Positions 18,414-27,551 are shown, counted from the first letter of the stretch. The stretch: 64,000 nt of DNA from Candidatus Pacebacteria bacterium CG2_30_36_39 (GCA_001873435.1 MNZB01000003.1:137789-201788), one strand, 5' to 3'. Notes: a model not told the origin generated them from the sequence alone. A program made the numbers and translations.

Positions 18414-18539
18414 TTTTATTACTTCTTCAAGTTCTACAACACCACTCCACTAGCCTTTTGGATAAACAAAAAGGAGCAAATTGAATGGTTGGTACGAACA
18501 CGAAGACTATTCATGATATCTATAGTTTTAACAGATTTA

Positions 18540-18896
18540 TTAAGCTTTAGCAACTTTTTCTACGACTGCTTTAAAGGCAGCCATATTTTCTGCAGCAAAT
18601 TTTGCTAGGATCTTACGATCCAAAGCAATATTAGCTTTTTTCAAACCATTGATGAAGCGAGAGTATTTTAAACCATCGCCAACTTGAGTAAGGGCTGCAG
18701 TAATACGAACGATCCAAAGTTTGCGCATATCTCTTTTGCGAAGTTTACGACCTACGAAGGCGTATTGACCAGCATGAAGATTGGCTTCTATAGCTCTTTT
18801 AATTAAACGACGATTTGTGCCACGGAAACCCTTGTTCATTTTTAGGATTTTTTTGTGTGCTTTGCGTCTGACAATTCCAGTTTTAACTCTAGACAT
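18540..18896 (-). CDS. rplT: Ribosomal protein L20
   Basis: [19 protein letters not shown]... classic L20. Confidence 0.9.
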   Translation of the reverse strand: MSRVKTGIVRRKAHKKILKMNKGFRGTNRRLIKRAIEANLHAGQYAFVGRKLRKRDMRKLWIVRITAALTQVGDGLKYSRFINGLKKANIALDRKILAKFAAENMAAFKAVVEKVAKA

Positions 18897-18921
18897 ATTT
18901 TTCCTCTATTTATATTTTCTA

Positions 18922-19125
18922 TTAGGCTAAGCCAAGCATTTTCTTAACTTTAGTAGCCCATTTTCCTTTTACTTGAACCAAGATGCGGTAATTTCTCTTA
19001 GCCTTCTTGCTTTTGTTGCGAAGCAGATGACGTTGATTTTGTACTCTGTGCATTACTTTGCCAGTGCCGGTGATTTTAAATCGACGAGCAGCACCTTTGC
19101 GGGTTTTTTGTTTGATTTTTTTCAT
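18922..19125 (-). CDS. rpmI: Ribosomal protein L35
   Basis: [24 protein letters not shown]... classic L35. Confidence 0.9.
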   Translation of the reverse strand: MKKIKQKTRKGAARRFKITGTGKVMHRVQNQRHLLRNKSKKAKRNYRILVQVKGKWATKVKKMLGLA

Positions 19126-19138
19126 GGCTTTGCCTTAT

Positions 19139-19708
19139 TTACTTTATTTCTTTTTTCTTATCAGGTGAGAGCTGGGCAATTAGTTTTTTTCCTAATAATT
19201 TTGCTTCAATCTCAACTTTTGATATTGTTTGGGTGCGCTCTATTACTCGATTAAAGACTTCGAAACCTTGGTCTTTATTAGCAATAGTGCGACCTTTAAA
19301 CATCAAACTTAAACGAACTTTATGACCCTTTTCCAAGAATCCAGTTACTTTTCTCAAGCGTGTTTCAAAGTCACCTTCTCCAATAAATGGAGAAAAACGA
19401 ACTTCTTTTAGTTCTTGAACCTTAGCACTTTTTCGTTGATCAGCCTGTTTTTGTTGTAGCTGATATTTGTATTTACTCAGCTCAATAATTTTGACTACAG
19501 GTGGATCAGCTTTTTCAGTGACTACAACCAAGTCTTTTTCAACTTCCCTAGCTTTTTCCAAAGCTTCCTGAGAACTCATTATTCCCAAGGATTCCCCTCT
19601 TTCTGCCAGAACTCTGACTTGAGGGAAGCGAATGTGGTGGTTTGCCTGAATGAAATCTGCTTTTCTTCTGTTGTATCTATCTTGTTGGTTGTATGGTTTG
19701 TTGATCAC
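19139..19708 (-). CDS. infC: Translation initiation factor IF-3
   Basis: IRFPQVRVL...GIMSSQEALEKA IF3 N-domain, C-domain. Conserved infC-rpmI-rplT order. Confidence 0.85.
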   Translation of the reverse strand: MINKPYNQQDRYNRRKADFIQANHHIRFPQVRVLAERGESLGIMSSQEALEKAREVEKDLVVVTEKADPPVVKIIELSKYKYQLQQKQADQRKSAKVQELKEVRFSPFIGEGDFETRLRKVTGFLEKGHKVRLSLMFKGRTIANKDQGFEVFNRVIERTQTISKVEIEAKLLGKKLIAQLSPDKKKEIK

Positions 19709-19840
19709 TCGTTTTTTAAGTTACTTATTACTATGTTTTCCCGAGAAAAAGTCCCGGAACAACGAACGTTGATTATATCATTTTCTTTGTGATTGTGTAT
19801 TAGAGTTTCATTGGGTATAATTCCCACCATTACTCGGTGA

Positions 19841-19914
19841 GAGCCCGTAGCTCAGTTGGTTAGAGCGCTTCATTGACATTGAAGAGGTCAGAGGTTCGAG
19901 TCCTCTCGGGCTCA
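19841..19914 (+). tRNA. tRNA-Val (anticodon GAC). CCA not encoded.
   Basis: Acceptor stem GAGCCCG/CGGGCTC, D-arm GCTCAGTTGGTTAGAGC, anticodon loop TTGACAT, T-arm GGTTCGAGTCC. TATAAT box ~20 nt upstream. Confidence 0.8.
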
Positions 19915-19927
19915 CCCAGATAAAAAC

Positions 19928-19951
19928 ACTCCCAATTTGGGAGTTTTTTTA
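19928..19951. terminator. Bidirectional intrinsic terminator shared by tRNA-Val and the convergent 1000-aa gene
   Basis: actccca-att-tgggagt perfect hairpin flanked by aaaaa and ttttttt. Confidence 0.7.
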
Positions 19952-22951
19952 TGCCAGTATTTCCTTTGTTTCTTTTAAATTTTCAGTTGAATCAGCCCAT
20001 TTTTTATAAGCTTGGTCTATTATCTCATCCAAAATGGGACCGAACTTCGCAATAATATTCTCTATACTAGCCTCTTCCCTACCCAGCCCAAGAAAAAGCT
20101 TATGGATATAGTCAAAATGGTTTTGACCTTGAGTAACTATTCCCTCAGTGACAAAAATCGACTTAGTTTTTCTCTTATTTTCTGGAGGATTCCAACTTAC
20201 TTTTTTATAATGTTCTAGCACTGCCAAAACTTTCTCTCTTGTTGGAATAAAACCAATGCTAACTAAATATGGATATTTACTCTTAAACTCTTCTAATTTA
20301 CTTTGTTTTTTAGAGTCCTTATTTATTTCTCCAGGATTATCATTAAGATGAACTCTTTTTTCTTTAATAGCTACTAAAAATTCTTCTGCACCTTTTTTTG
20401 CTCCATCTTCCGGATCATGATTATGAATACCTCTGTTTTGAATTATTGATATCTTCCCTTCTTTGCCACTTTCTAGTTCTAGAGTTGAAACCCTTGTCAT
20501 TTTTCCATCCACTATTTTTCTAATAGAAACTATATGGTGAGTTCCTTTGCTGCATTTATCTGAATAACCTCCCTTACCCACACAATGTGACATGGCGCTA
20601 CCCTCATCAACTAATTGTTGAGAGCTTGTGAGTGGAACAAAAAAGTATGTTGTTTTCCCCCATTCAAATCTATATTCTGGGTCGGAGAACAATGGTTTCC
20701 ATTCCCTAGTATCTACGAGATCTTTAATATTTTCTGGAAAATTATGCTGAGGCAAGTGTTCAGTTTGAGCAAACAAAGCCAGCTCACTAAAAGTTAAAGG
20801 TAAACCAAGTTGATTTAATCTCTGGTCATTGTTTAAAAACAAAAAATCCTCAGCAATAGTTTTTGCTAGTTCCAACTGCAGTTTACCAAGATCTTTGTCC
20901 ATGAACACTTCTGTTTTAAGCAATAACAATGGAGCAATAAAACTTCTACTGAATCCTTCTATCGAGTCTTTAATTAGATCAAATTTGTCGATGTCAATTT
21001 TTTCTAATTTTTCCCATAATTTTTCAAAAAAAACCTCATCTGCGTAATCACTTCCAACTTCATTATTCATTTTATTGAAAATGATTGAAAGGTTGTGTTC
21101 AGAAAAATCAATTTTTAGAGCAGAAAGAATTCCAGCAATTTTTTCTAAACAAGCTAGGGCAACCTCAATTTGTTCGGCAGAATAATTATTAAAAAGATCA
21201 TAAACTTCAACCGTTCTGCATAGTAACTCGCTAAAAAATTCATTATTTGAAAATTTTCTAATAGCCTCGACTTCTGCTTCTTTATTATTTTTTCCTTCCA
21301 ATCCTTGCAAAATAATTGTTTCAGAGGTAATCGAAGACCCAGATTTATAATCGAAGACTTTTTTACCAGTCAGAGGGTGTACTTGATTTACAATTTCCTT
21401 CCAATCATCTATTGAGAAGCTAGCTCTAATTTCAGCAAGAGCTTCTTTTTCTGGAAAACCAAACTTATCATAACTAAGTAGTAATAACTGAATTATCCAT
21501 GATGTCAGTGCTATTTCATTCTCTATGTCATCTGGAACTGGAAAATCTTGATTTTTGTATAAATATGTTAAAAAGGGTTTCCAATTTACAAATTTGTAGT
21601 TTTTATTGAGAGTATATCGATATATTTTTTGGATATTTTGCATTCTGCTTTCAGCAAAAGTCCAAACGTCAAGTCTTTCTGGTAAGGTTTTATTATTTTT
21701 TAGAAACCAATTCATTAATTTGTCATGGGTTTTTATTTCAAAAAAACTAAGATTTGATAGCAACCACTCAGTTTTTTTTGAATCTGGTCTATCAATATAG
21801 ATATCTAAAACACTTTGGGGGAATTTTCTTATTGTAGTTAAGTTTAGCTCTTTTATTTCTTCATCATCCCAGGTACTAAAGATTTTTCTTAATATTTGAT
21901 TTTTATTTATTCCTTTGACAATGGCAAATGCTTCAGCAAATTGTTTTCTTCTTTCTGAATTAGGGTTTTTTGATAATAGTTTCCAGATATATTTTCCATT
22001 TATTTCTGGAGGAAAAGCGTGTTGTGCAGAGAAAATAAAGTCCAATCTATCATTTTCAAATAAAAAATCAGCAGTTTCTTTTGTTAAACCATGAAACTTT
22101 GGAATTACGTCTTTTAATACAAACCATGGAAAATCATTATTCTCAACCATTTTTTGGATTAGAAAATTATGATCAAGGGTTGGATATAAATCTAGATTTT
22201 TTAAAATTGCCCAGGCTTTTTCTTTATCAGTCAATAAATTTATTAGATCATTATGAGAGAGATCTGGAAATTTTTCTGGATGTTTTGCCATTAGAAAAGG
22301 ATTTTCCTTAACCATTTCGATCGGAAAATTTGCTGAATCTGTTGCAAACCAATCCCAATAGAGTTCAAAAACATGAGGATAAGAAGACATTACTGAGACT
22401 GCTTCTTCATCGCTAAAATATGGAGGGTTTTTTGGAATTTCCTCTGACTTGGTTTTCTTTACAAATTTGGCAATTACTTCTATATCAACTTGAGAAAAAC
22501 TTTCTTTATATTCAGAATTTACAAATTTATCAAATGTTAAAGGATTTTTTTCTGCTAAAACCAACAAATACCTTTTTGACAAGGCAGTTTTATTGTTTTT
22601 TAAATAGACCTCCAGTAGATCTGCTGTTGCATCGGCTGGACTAGTTTCCCAAGCTCCAGACGGATCAGCTGCTTGATAAATCGTATTATGTTTATCTGAA
22701 ATTTCATAAAGCAGTTCTTCAGAGATGAGCTCTGGTTCTGTGGTGGCAAGTGATTTTGCTCTAACAATAGCACTCTCTTGACCAGAATCTATGGCTGTCA
22801 AAATGTATTGAATTTTTATCTCTGATGGAAAGGCTTTTACTTGCTCATCATAGTCTTTTGGTTTGTCATACCAATTACGGATTAACTCATCGAGTTGATC
22901 CATTTTTCTTTTATGAGAATTATCCAAGGTAGTTGCTATATTTTCTTGCAT
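19949..22951 (-). CDS. 1000-aa orphan protein. Largely alpha-helical N-terminal ~800 aa of unknown function. C-terminal ~150 aa resembles the uncharacterised PcfJ-like family (EG-x2-M-x-HCVG...Y...G..I.S.R...Q.RG..N).
   Basis: Uninterrupted ORF. Motif EGSAMSHCVGKGGYSDKCSKGTHHIVSIRK...IQNRGIHN. Very AT-rich codon usage relative to flanking housekeeping genes. Confidence 0.45.
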   Translation of the reverse strand: MQENIATTLDNSHKRKMDQLDELIRNWYDKPKDYDEQVKAFPSEIKIQYILTAIDSGQESAIVRAKSLATTEPELISEELLYEISDKHNTIYQAADPSGAWETSPADATADLLEVYLKNNKTALSKRYLLVLAEKNPLTFDKFVNSEYKESFSQVDIEVIAKFVKKTKSEEIPKNPPYFSDEEAVSVMSSYPHVFELYWDWFATDSANFPIEMVKENPFLMAKHPEKFPDLSHNDLINLLTDKEKAWAILKNLDLYPTLDHNFLIQKMVENNDFPWFVLKDVIPKFHGLTKETADFLFENDRLDFIFSAQHAFPPEINGKYIWKLLSKNPNSERRKQFAEAFAIVKGINKNQILRKIFSTWDDEEIKELNLTTIRKFPQSVLDIYIDRPDSKKTEWLLSNLSFFEIKTHDKLMNWFLKNNKTLPERLDVWTFAESRMQNIQKIYRYTLNKNYKFVNWKPFLTYLYKNQDFPVPDDIENEIALTSWIIQLLLLSYDKFGFPEKEALAEIRASFSIDDWKEIVNQVHPLTGKKVFDYKSGSSITSETIILQGLEGKNNKEAEVEAIRKFSNNEFFSELLCRTVEVYDLFNNYSAEQIEVALACLEKIAGILSALKIDFSEHNLSIIFNKMNNEVGSDYADEVFFEKLWEKLEKIDIDKFDLIKDSIEGFSRSFIAPLLLLKTEVFMDKDLGKLQLELAKTIAEDFLFLNNDQRLNQLGLPLTFSELALFAQTEHLPQHNFPENIKDLVDTREWKPLFSDPEYRFEWGKTTYFFVPLTSSQQLVDEGSAMSHCVGKGGYSDKCSKGTHHIVSIRKIVDGKMTRVSTLELESGKEGKISIIQNRGIHNHDPEDGAKKGAEEFLVAIKEKRVHLNDNPGEINKDSKKQSKLEEFKSKYPYLVSIGFIPTREKVLAVLEHYKKVSWNPPENKRKTKSIFVTEGIVTQGQNHFDYIHKLFLGLGREEASIENIIAKFGPILDEIIDQAYKKWADSTENLKETKEILA

Positions 22952-23008
22952 GAAATGACATGCTCAAGGCTAGCAGAAAACTAATTGAAAAGGAACAATT
23001 ATTAATAT

Positions 23009-23674
23009 TTAACTACCACTAAAAGCAGTGGATTTTTCATGGTGCATAGTGTCTTGGACAAACTTAGTTTCTTGACTATCAACTACCATTCCCCCGCCTC
23101 GACGTTGAGACATTTTCTTTTTTCTAGAATTCATTTGTTTGGCCCAGGTACGAGCGCTTTTAACTTTTTGTCTCAATAACATGATAAAACTACGAAGTTT
23201 GGCAAAGAAGTTTTTATAGTAACTACCCTCTTGCCCTGGTTGAGTAATTTGAGTCATTAATGTAACTTCTGCTTCTTTTTGCAAAGAACCAAGGTCTGAC
23301 ATTAGTAATGCAATTTCTTTTTTAAGTTGGTTAATTTCTTTTAGCTCCCTCTCTTGGCGAGCGGCATAAATCTCATGGTTATCAACTGGGTTGATTTGAT
23401 CATGAAGTTTTTTACGCAAAGCATCTCGTTCAGCTTGTTTTTTTAACTCAGCTTGTTGTTGGGCTAATAGATCATTTTGACTGGAATTTTTGCCTTTAGG
23501 CTCAAGATTGCCACCGGTTTTAGCTAGAGCCTCACTAAAAAGTTGGCTTTCATTTTTACCAGTTTCTTGTCTGGCTTGATGAGCGTGAGATTCAGTTTCC
23601 ACCAAAGCTTGAGCAAACGGATTAATTCCGGATTGCTTTGCAGCTGGTTTTTTTGTTTGCCCAAGAGTTTGCAT
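23009..23674 (-). CDS. 221-aa Gln/Lys/Glu-rich coiled-coil protein, unknown function. Co-transcribed upstream partner of the 1000-aa gene.
   Basis: ORF with heptad-like charged repeats (LLAQQQAELKKQAERDALRKKL...). Basic C-terminus (RKKKMSQRRGGG). Confidence 0.4.
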   Translation of the reverse strand: MQTLGQTKKPAAKQSGINPFAQALVETESHAHQARQETGKNESQLFSEALAKTGGNLEPKGKNSSQNDLLAQQQAELKKQAERDALRKKLHDQINPVDNHEIYAARQERELKEINQLKKEIALLMSDLGSLQKEAEVTLMTQITQPGQEGSYYKNFFAKLRSFIMLLRQKVKSARTWAKQMNSRKKKMSQRRGGGMVVDSQETKFVQDTMHHEKSTAFSGS

Positions 23675-23687
23675 ATATAATAGCTTT

Positions 23688-23716
23688 AATTATAGGACTA
23701 TACCAGGCTATTGTCA
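23688..23716 (-). promoter_or_regulatory. Perfect consensus sigma-70 promoter (TTGACA - 17 nt - TATAAT) on the minus strand. -10 ends 13 nt before the ATG of the 221-aa gene, giving a leaderless or near-leaderless transcript.
   Basis: Plus strand attata (23688-23693) ... tgtcaa (23711-23716), i.e. rc TTGACA-N17-TATAAT. No SD between -10 and ATG. Confidence 0.55.
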
Positions 23717-23759
23717 AGAAATTTCTTATTAGGCAGAGCTAGGCTCATTAATGATGATT

Positions 23760-24719
23760 CTACGCAAGACTGAGCAAATGGTCTACTACCTTCTGCTTGA
23801 GAAGATTGGTTTCCAAATGACCAAGATAATGCTTGTCCTTTTTGACTTGCTCTCTCACCTTGAGGTCGGTGATGGTTTCAAAATATTTATCTTTATCTTG
23901 ATCAGTAACTGCTAGTTTTTGATCTTTAGCGATAGCACCAAGTAATAAATCTAGTTGAAGTCTACTGAGAGTAGAAACAGCTAATTCTTGAGAAAGAGTA
24001 TCCATAGTCATATTGCGACGGGTTAGATAATCATCAACTGTCATATTGAGCTGTTTGAGCTGATCAACAATGTGTTCAAACTCATGCTGAGTTTCATGTT
24101 TGAGTAATAACTCAGGTACTCCTGGCTTAAGTTGACCAACTAATTCGCGGAAAATATGTTGAAGCTTAGTTTCTTTTTCTTGTTCTGCAGTTGGAGCTGA
24201 CACTTCTTTAGTATCTTTATCTTTGTTTTCATTAGCTTTTTTCTTAGCTTCAGCCAATGCTTTCTCAGCATTTTTAGCACCTGCCTTAACATGTTTTTCA
24301 TAACCCTTAACAGTAACTTCTGGCAATTCAGCAAAATGTGCTTTAATTACCCAATCTTTGCCAATCTCAGTACTGGTGATAGAGAATTCTGGATGAGTAA
24401 TTGGTTTTTTCTTGGCAGCTTCCATGGTTTCTTGATAAGCTGCTGGAACCAATTCGTCTAAAACACGTTCAACTATTTGATTTTGACCAAGTTGTTCTTC
24501 TGCTACTTTGGCTGGAACATTGCCTTTTCTAAAGCCTGGAACAGAGACTTTTTTAGCTAAAGAAGCCAAAATACTTGAATATTTTTTGTTAACATCATCT
24601 TTTTTTAAGGTAATTGTAATAGTGCTATTTGGCAATAAAAGTGAGGTTCCTTCTTCTTTTTTAGGAGCAGTAGTAGCCTTAGTAACCTTTTTTTGTTCTT
24701 GAGTAGTTTTTTTTGTCAT
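23760..24719 (-). CDS. tig: Trigger factor (shortened, 319 aa; N-terminal ribosome-binding domain present)
   Basis: PGFRKGNVPAKV (GFRxGxxP TF signature). K/T-rich N-terminal extension. Shorter than typical ~430 aa. Confidence 0.7.
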   Translation of the reverse strand: MTKKTTQEQKKVTKATTAPKKEEGTSLLLPNSTITITLKKDDVNKKYSSILASLAKKVSVPGFRKGNVPAKVAEEQLGQNQIVERVLDELVPAAYQETMEAAKKKPITHPEFSITSTEIGKDWVIKAHFAELPEVTVKGYEKHVKAGAKNAEKALAEAKKKANENKDKDTKEVSAPTAEQEKETKLQHIFRELVGQLKPGVPELLLKHETQHEFEHIVDQLKQLNMTVDDYLTRRNMTMDTLSQELAVSTLSRLQLDLLLGAIAKDQKLAVTDQDKDKYFETITDLKVREQVKKDKHYLGHLETNLLKQKVVDHLLSLA

Positions 24720-24742
24720 GGTGCGATTATATCGTAGTTTGC

Positions 24743-24771
24743 AAGATTCACCAGGCTTGGTAGAATATAAC
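24743..24771 (+). promoter_or_regulatory. Candidate promoter for the DUF62 gene (TTGCAA - 16 nt - TAGAAT)
   Basis: ttgcaa at 24743, tagaat ~16 nt downstream, ~50 nt upstream of the ATG at 24819. Confidence 0.3.
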
Positions 24772-24818
24772 TCTCATTAATATAAATTTTTTTCATTAAA
24801 AAAAAGAAAGACATTCAT

Positions 24819-25640
24819 ATGCCTCAAGAAAAAAAACTTTTACATGTCGTTTGTGATTATAAAGCTGGTGGTTTGGAGTTTGGAGAAATAAACACTAGAA
24901 TTTTTGAAACTTTGGAAAATCCTACTGAAGTTCTAGTTCATACCACAGAAGTTCCTCCATTGGACACTGCTGCTTTGGGATTTGTTACAGCACAATACGC
25001 TTTAGCTCCTTTTACTGGTAAAAGAGTGATTTATGGCAATGCTGCTCCACGTAGAGACAAGAACACTGCTCTCAAAGACAATGTTGGTGATGGAATTAAG
25101 TATGCCAGATTAAAAAATGGCACCGAAGTAATTAATGTTGATTCTGAATATGCCTTTGGTTTTATTAAAGATGAAATTGTTGAATTTCGTGATATTGACT
25201 GTCCAGCTGGTGGCTCACAATTTCGTTCTAGAGATTTTTTTCCAGAGAGAGTGGCAAAAATAATGAATGGCGATCATTCTGTTTTGACAACTGAACTAGA
25301 CATTGCTTCTATTCCTGAAATTCCAGCCAACAGAGTTGCTTGGACAGATGGCTTTGGCAATATTAAAACTACTACTAGAGCTTCTCATCTCAAGGCTTTG
25401 GGCTTAAAACCTGGAGAGAAAGTACAAGTCACTCTTAATTCAATTAGTATGGTTGGTGTTGTAGCTATTGGTGGTTTTGGTGTTGATCGAGGTGTTTTGG
25501 CAATTAACTTTGGCTCTTCTGGTTATGCAGATCCTTTTGTCGAGTTATTCTTGCGTGTTCATCACATGAGTGAACAAACTGCTTCTGTGCGTTTTGGTTT
25601 TCCAGCCGGTGGAACAGAGTTGACAATCAAACCTTTGTAG
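24819..25640 (+). CDS. SAM hydroxide adenosyltransferase family protein (DUF62; fluorinase/chlorinase/SAM hydrolase superfamily)
   Basis: SQFRSRDFFPERVA matches the DUF62 S-TFHGRDIFAP motif. TDGFGNIKT matches the C-domain DDFGN motif. Two-domain size ~270 aa. Confidence 0.5.
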   Translation: MPQEKKLLHVVCDYKAGGLEFGEINTRIFETLENPTEVLVHTTEVPPLDTAALGFVTAQYALAPFTGKRVIYGNAAPRRDKNTALKDNVGDGIKYARLKNGTEVINVDSEYAFGFIKDEIVEFRDIDCPAGGSQFRSRDFFPERVAKIMNGDHSVLTTELDIASIPEIPANRVAWTDGFGNIKTTTRASHLKALGLKPGEKVQVTLNSISMVGVVAIGGFGVDRGVLAINFGSSGYADPFVELFLRVHHMSEQTASVRFGFPAGGTELTIKPL

Positions 25641-25661
25641 TTTGAGAAATAGAACTTTAGA

Positions 25662-25700
25662 ATTAAAAACCCCCCGCAATGCGGGGGTTTATGTTTTTAT
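25662..25700. terminator. Bidirectional intrinsic terminator between the convergent DUF62 gene and gap
   Basis: ccccccgc-aat-gcggggg hairpin, then tttatgttttt. Confidence 0.7.
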
Positions 25701-25715
25701 AAAAATTAATTGTTA

Positions 25716-26762
25716 TTAAAGCAAGTTTATGCTTTCAATTAAGCGGTGAGAATAACCCCACTCATTATCATACCAACTAATCACCTTAACCATATTGCCG
25801 CCAACAACTTGGGTTAAAAGTAAATCTACAATTGAAGATTCACTGCGGCCCACAATATCTGAGGAAACAATTGGGTCGTTGGTAACAGCTAAAATTCCTT
25901 GCCATTCTGGTTTTTGAGAGGCTTCAGTTAAAACCTTATTAACCTCTTCTACAGTAGTTTCTTTTTTAGTGATAAAAGTGATATCAGACAAAGAACCAGT
26001 TGCAGTTGGTACGCGGATGGCTAAGCCATCAAAGATGCCAATAAATTCTGGTACAACTTTACCAACAGCCTTAGCTGCTCCAGTTGATGTAGGAACAATG
26101 TTCTCGGCAGCACCACGAGCTCGACGCAAATCTTTGTGTGAGTTATCCTGCAGATTTTGATCATCAGTGTAAGCATGAATGGTGGTTAACATGGCTTTTT
26201 CCACTCCAAAATGCTGAGAGATAATCTTGGCTACTGGTGCAGTACAGTTGGTAGTGCAGGAAGCATTGGAGTGAATAATTTCAGGTTTGTCTGTTCCTCC
26301 TACTCCAATAACTCCAGTGCTAATTCCCTCACCTTTCCCTGGTGCTGAAAGTAAAACTTTTTTGGCTCCGCCCTGAAGATGGAGACTAGCTTTTTCTTTA
26401 GTGTTAAAAACTCCAGTTGATTCCACCACAACTTCTACACCATTTTTACCCCAAGGAATTTTATCTGGGCTACGTTGAGCAGTGATTAAGATTTCATATT
26501 GAGCAATTTTTAAAGTGCCCAAAACTGGATCTTCATCTGTTACCTTATCTCTTGTTTGATGCTCGGTATAGGTAAGTTCTTCTGAGAACATTCCATAATG
26601 AGAATCATATTTGAGCAAATGTACCCAACCAGCAATGTCCATTGATCCTGAGGTATTAATGACTTTTAATTCAAGAGTATCGCGATGAGCTTGCCACCAC
26701 ACCCTAAAAGCGTTTCTACCTATACGACCAAAACCATTAATACCAAAGACTTTTTTAGTCAT
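25716..26762 (-). CDS. gap: Glyceraldehyde-3-phosphate dehydrogenase
   Basis: MTKKVFGINGFGRIGRNAFR NAD-binding N-terminus, catalytic SNASCTTNC. Internal start chosen; the track start at 26852 would overlap pyrH. Confidence 0.9.
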   Translation of the reverse strand: MTKKVFGINGFGRIGRNAFRVWWQAHRDTLELKVINTSGSMDIAGWVHLLKYDSHYGMFSEELTYTEHQTRDKVTDEDPVLGTLKIAQYEILITAQRSPDKIPWGKNGVEVVVESTGVFNTKEKASLHLQGGAKKVLLSAPGKGEGISTGVIGVGGTDKPEIIHSNASCTTNCTAPVAKIISQHFGVEKAMLTTIHAYTDDQNLQDNSHKDLRRARGAAENIVPTSTGAAKAVGKVVPEFIGIFDGLAIRVPTATGSLSDITFITKKETTVEEVNKVLTEASQKPEWQGILAVTNDPIVSSDIVGRSESSIVDLLLTQVVGGNMVKVISWYDNEWGYSHRLIESINLL

Positions 26763-26793
26763 GGGAGTAACCTTTCTTTGTTGTCGCCAATTA

Positions 26794-27534
26794 TTAAACC
26801 AATTTTGTAGTGACATCGTTACTGACATAGGTGCCGATGTTTTCACCATCAACAGCTTTTTCTAGATTATCACCTTCGAAGAGTTTGAAGATCATAACTG
26901 CCAAATTGTTTTCTTGACTCATGGCTAAAGCTGAGGTGTCCATTACTTGAACATCATCCATAGAAATTGCATCTTTTAAAGAAAGAGTTTGGTAGCGCTT
27001 GGCATCTGGGAATTTCATTGGATCTTTTTCATATACACCATTAACTTTGGTGGCTTTCATGAATACATCACAATTGAGTTCTAAGGCGTGGAGTGATGCA
27101 CCAGTGTCAGTGGTTACGTAAGGTACGCCTGTTCCTGCACTAAGAATAACAACATGACCTTTTTCCATATGGCGAATTGCTTTGCGACGAATAAAAGTTT
27201 CAGCAACTGAAGGCATATCAAGGGCTGACTGTAAGCGGGTGGAAACATTTACTTTTTCCAAAGCATCTTGAAGAGCCAAACCATTCATAATGGTTGCTAA
27301 CATTCCCATATAGTCTGCTGTAGCACGATCAATTCCATTTTTACTTCCAGCAATACCGCGGAAAATGTTGCCACCACCAATTACAACTGCAATTTGTACT
27401 CCTTTATCATGAATAGATTTTATTTTTTGAGCAACCTCTAGAGCGGCTTGTGGATCAATGCCATATTCTCTGTTGCCAATCATAGATTCTCCACCTACCT
27501 TGAGGAGAATGCGTTTGAAGCGTGGGTTTTTCAT
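26794..27534 (-). CDS. pyrH: UMP kinase
   Basis: KRILLKVGGE...VVIGGGNIFRG amino-acid kinase family motifs typical of PyrH. Confidence 0.9.
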   Translation of the reverse strand: MKNPRFKRILLKVGGESMIGNREYGIDPQAALEVAQKIKSIHDKGVQIAVVIGGGNIFRGIAGSKNGIDRATADYMGMLATIMNGLALQDALEKVNVSTRLQSALDMPSVAETFIRRKAIRHMEKGHVVILSAGTGVPYVTTDTGASLHALELNCDVFMKATKVNGVYEKDPMKFPDAKRYQTLSLKDAISMDDVQVMDTSALAMSQENNLAVMIFKLFEGDNLEKAVDGENIGTYVSNDVTTKLV

Positions 27535-27551
27535 AAAACAGCTTTCTTTTT

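Noticed and set aside
26763-26852. 30-aa N-terminal extension of GAPDH in the track ORF (MMVKTSAPMSV...)
   Set aside because: It overlaps the pyrH 3' end. The conserved GAPDH N-terminus begins at the internal MTKKVFGINGFGRIGR, so the extension is a mis-start.
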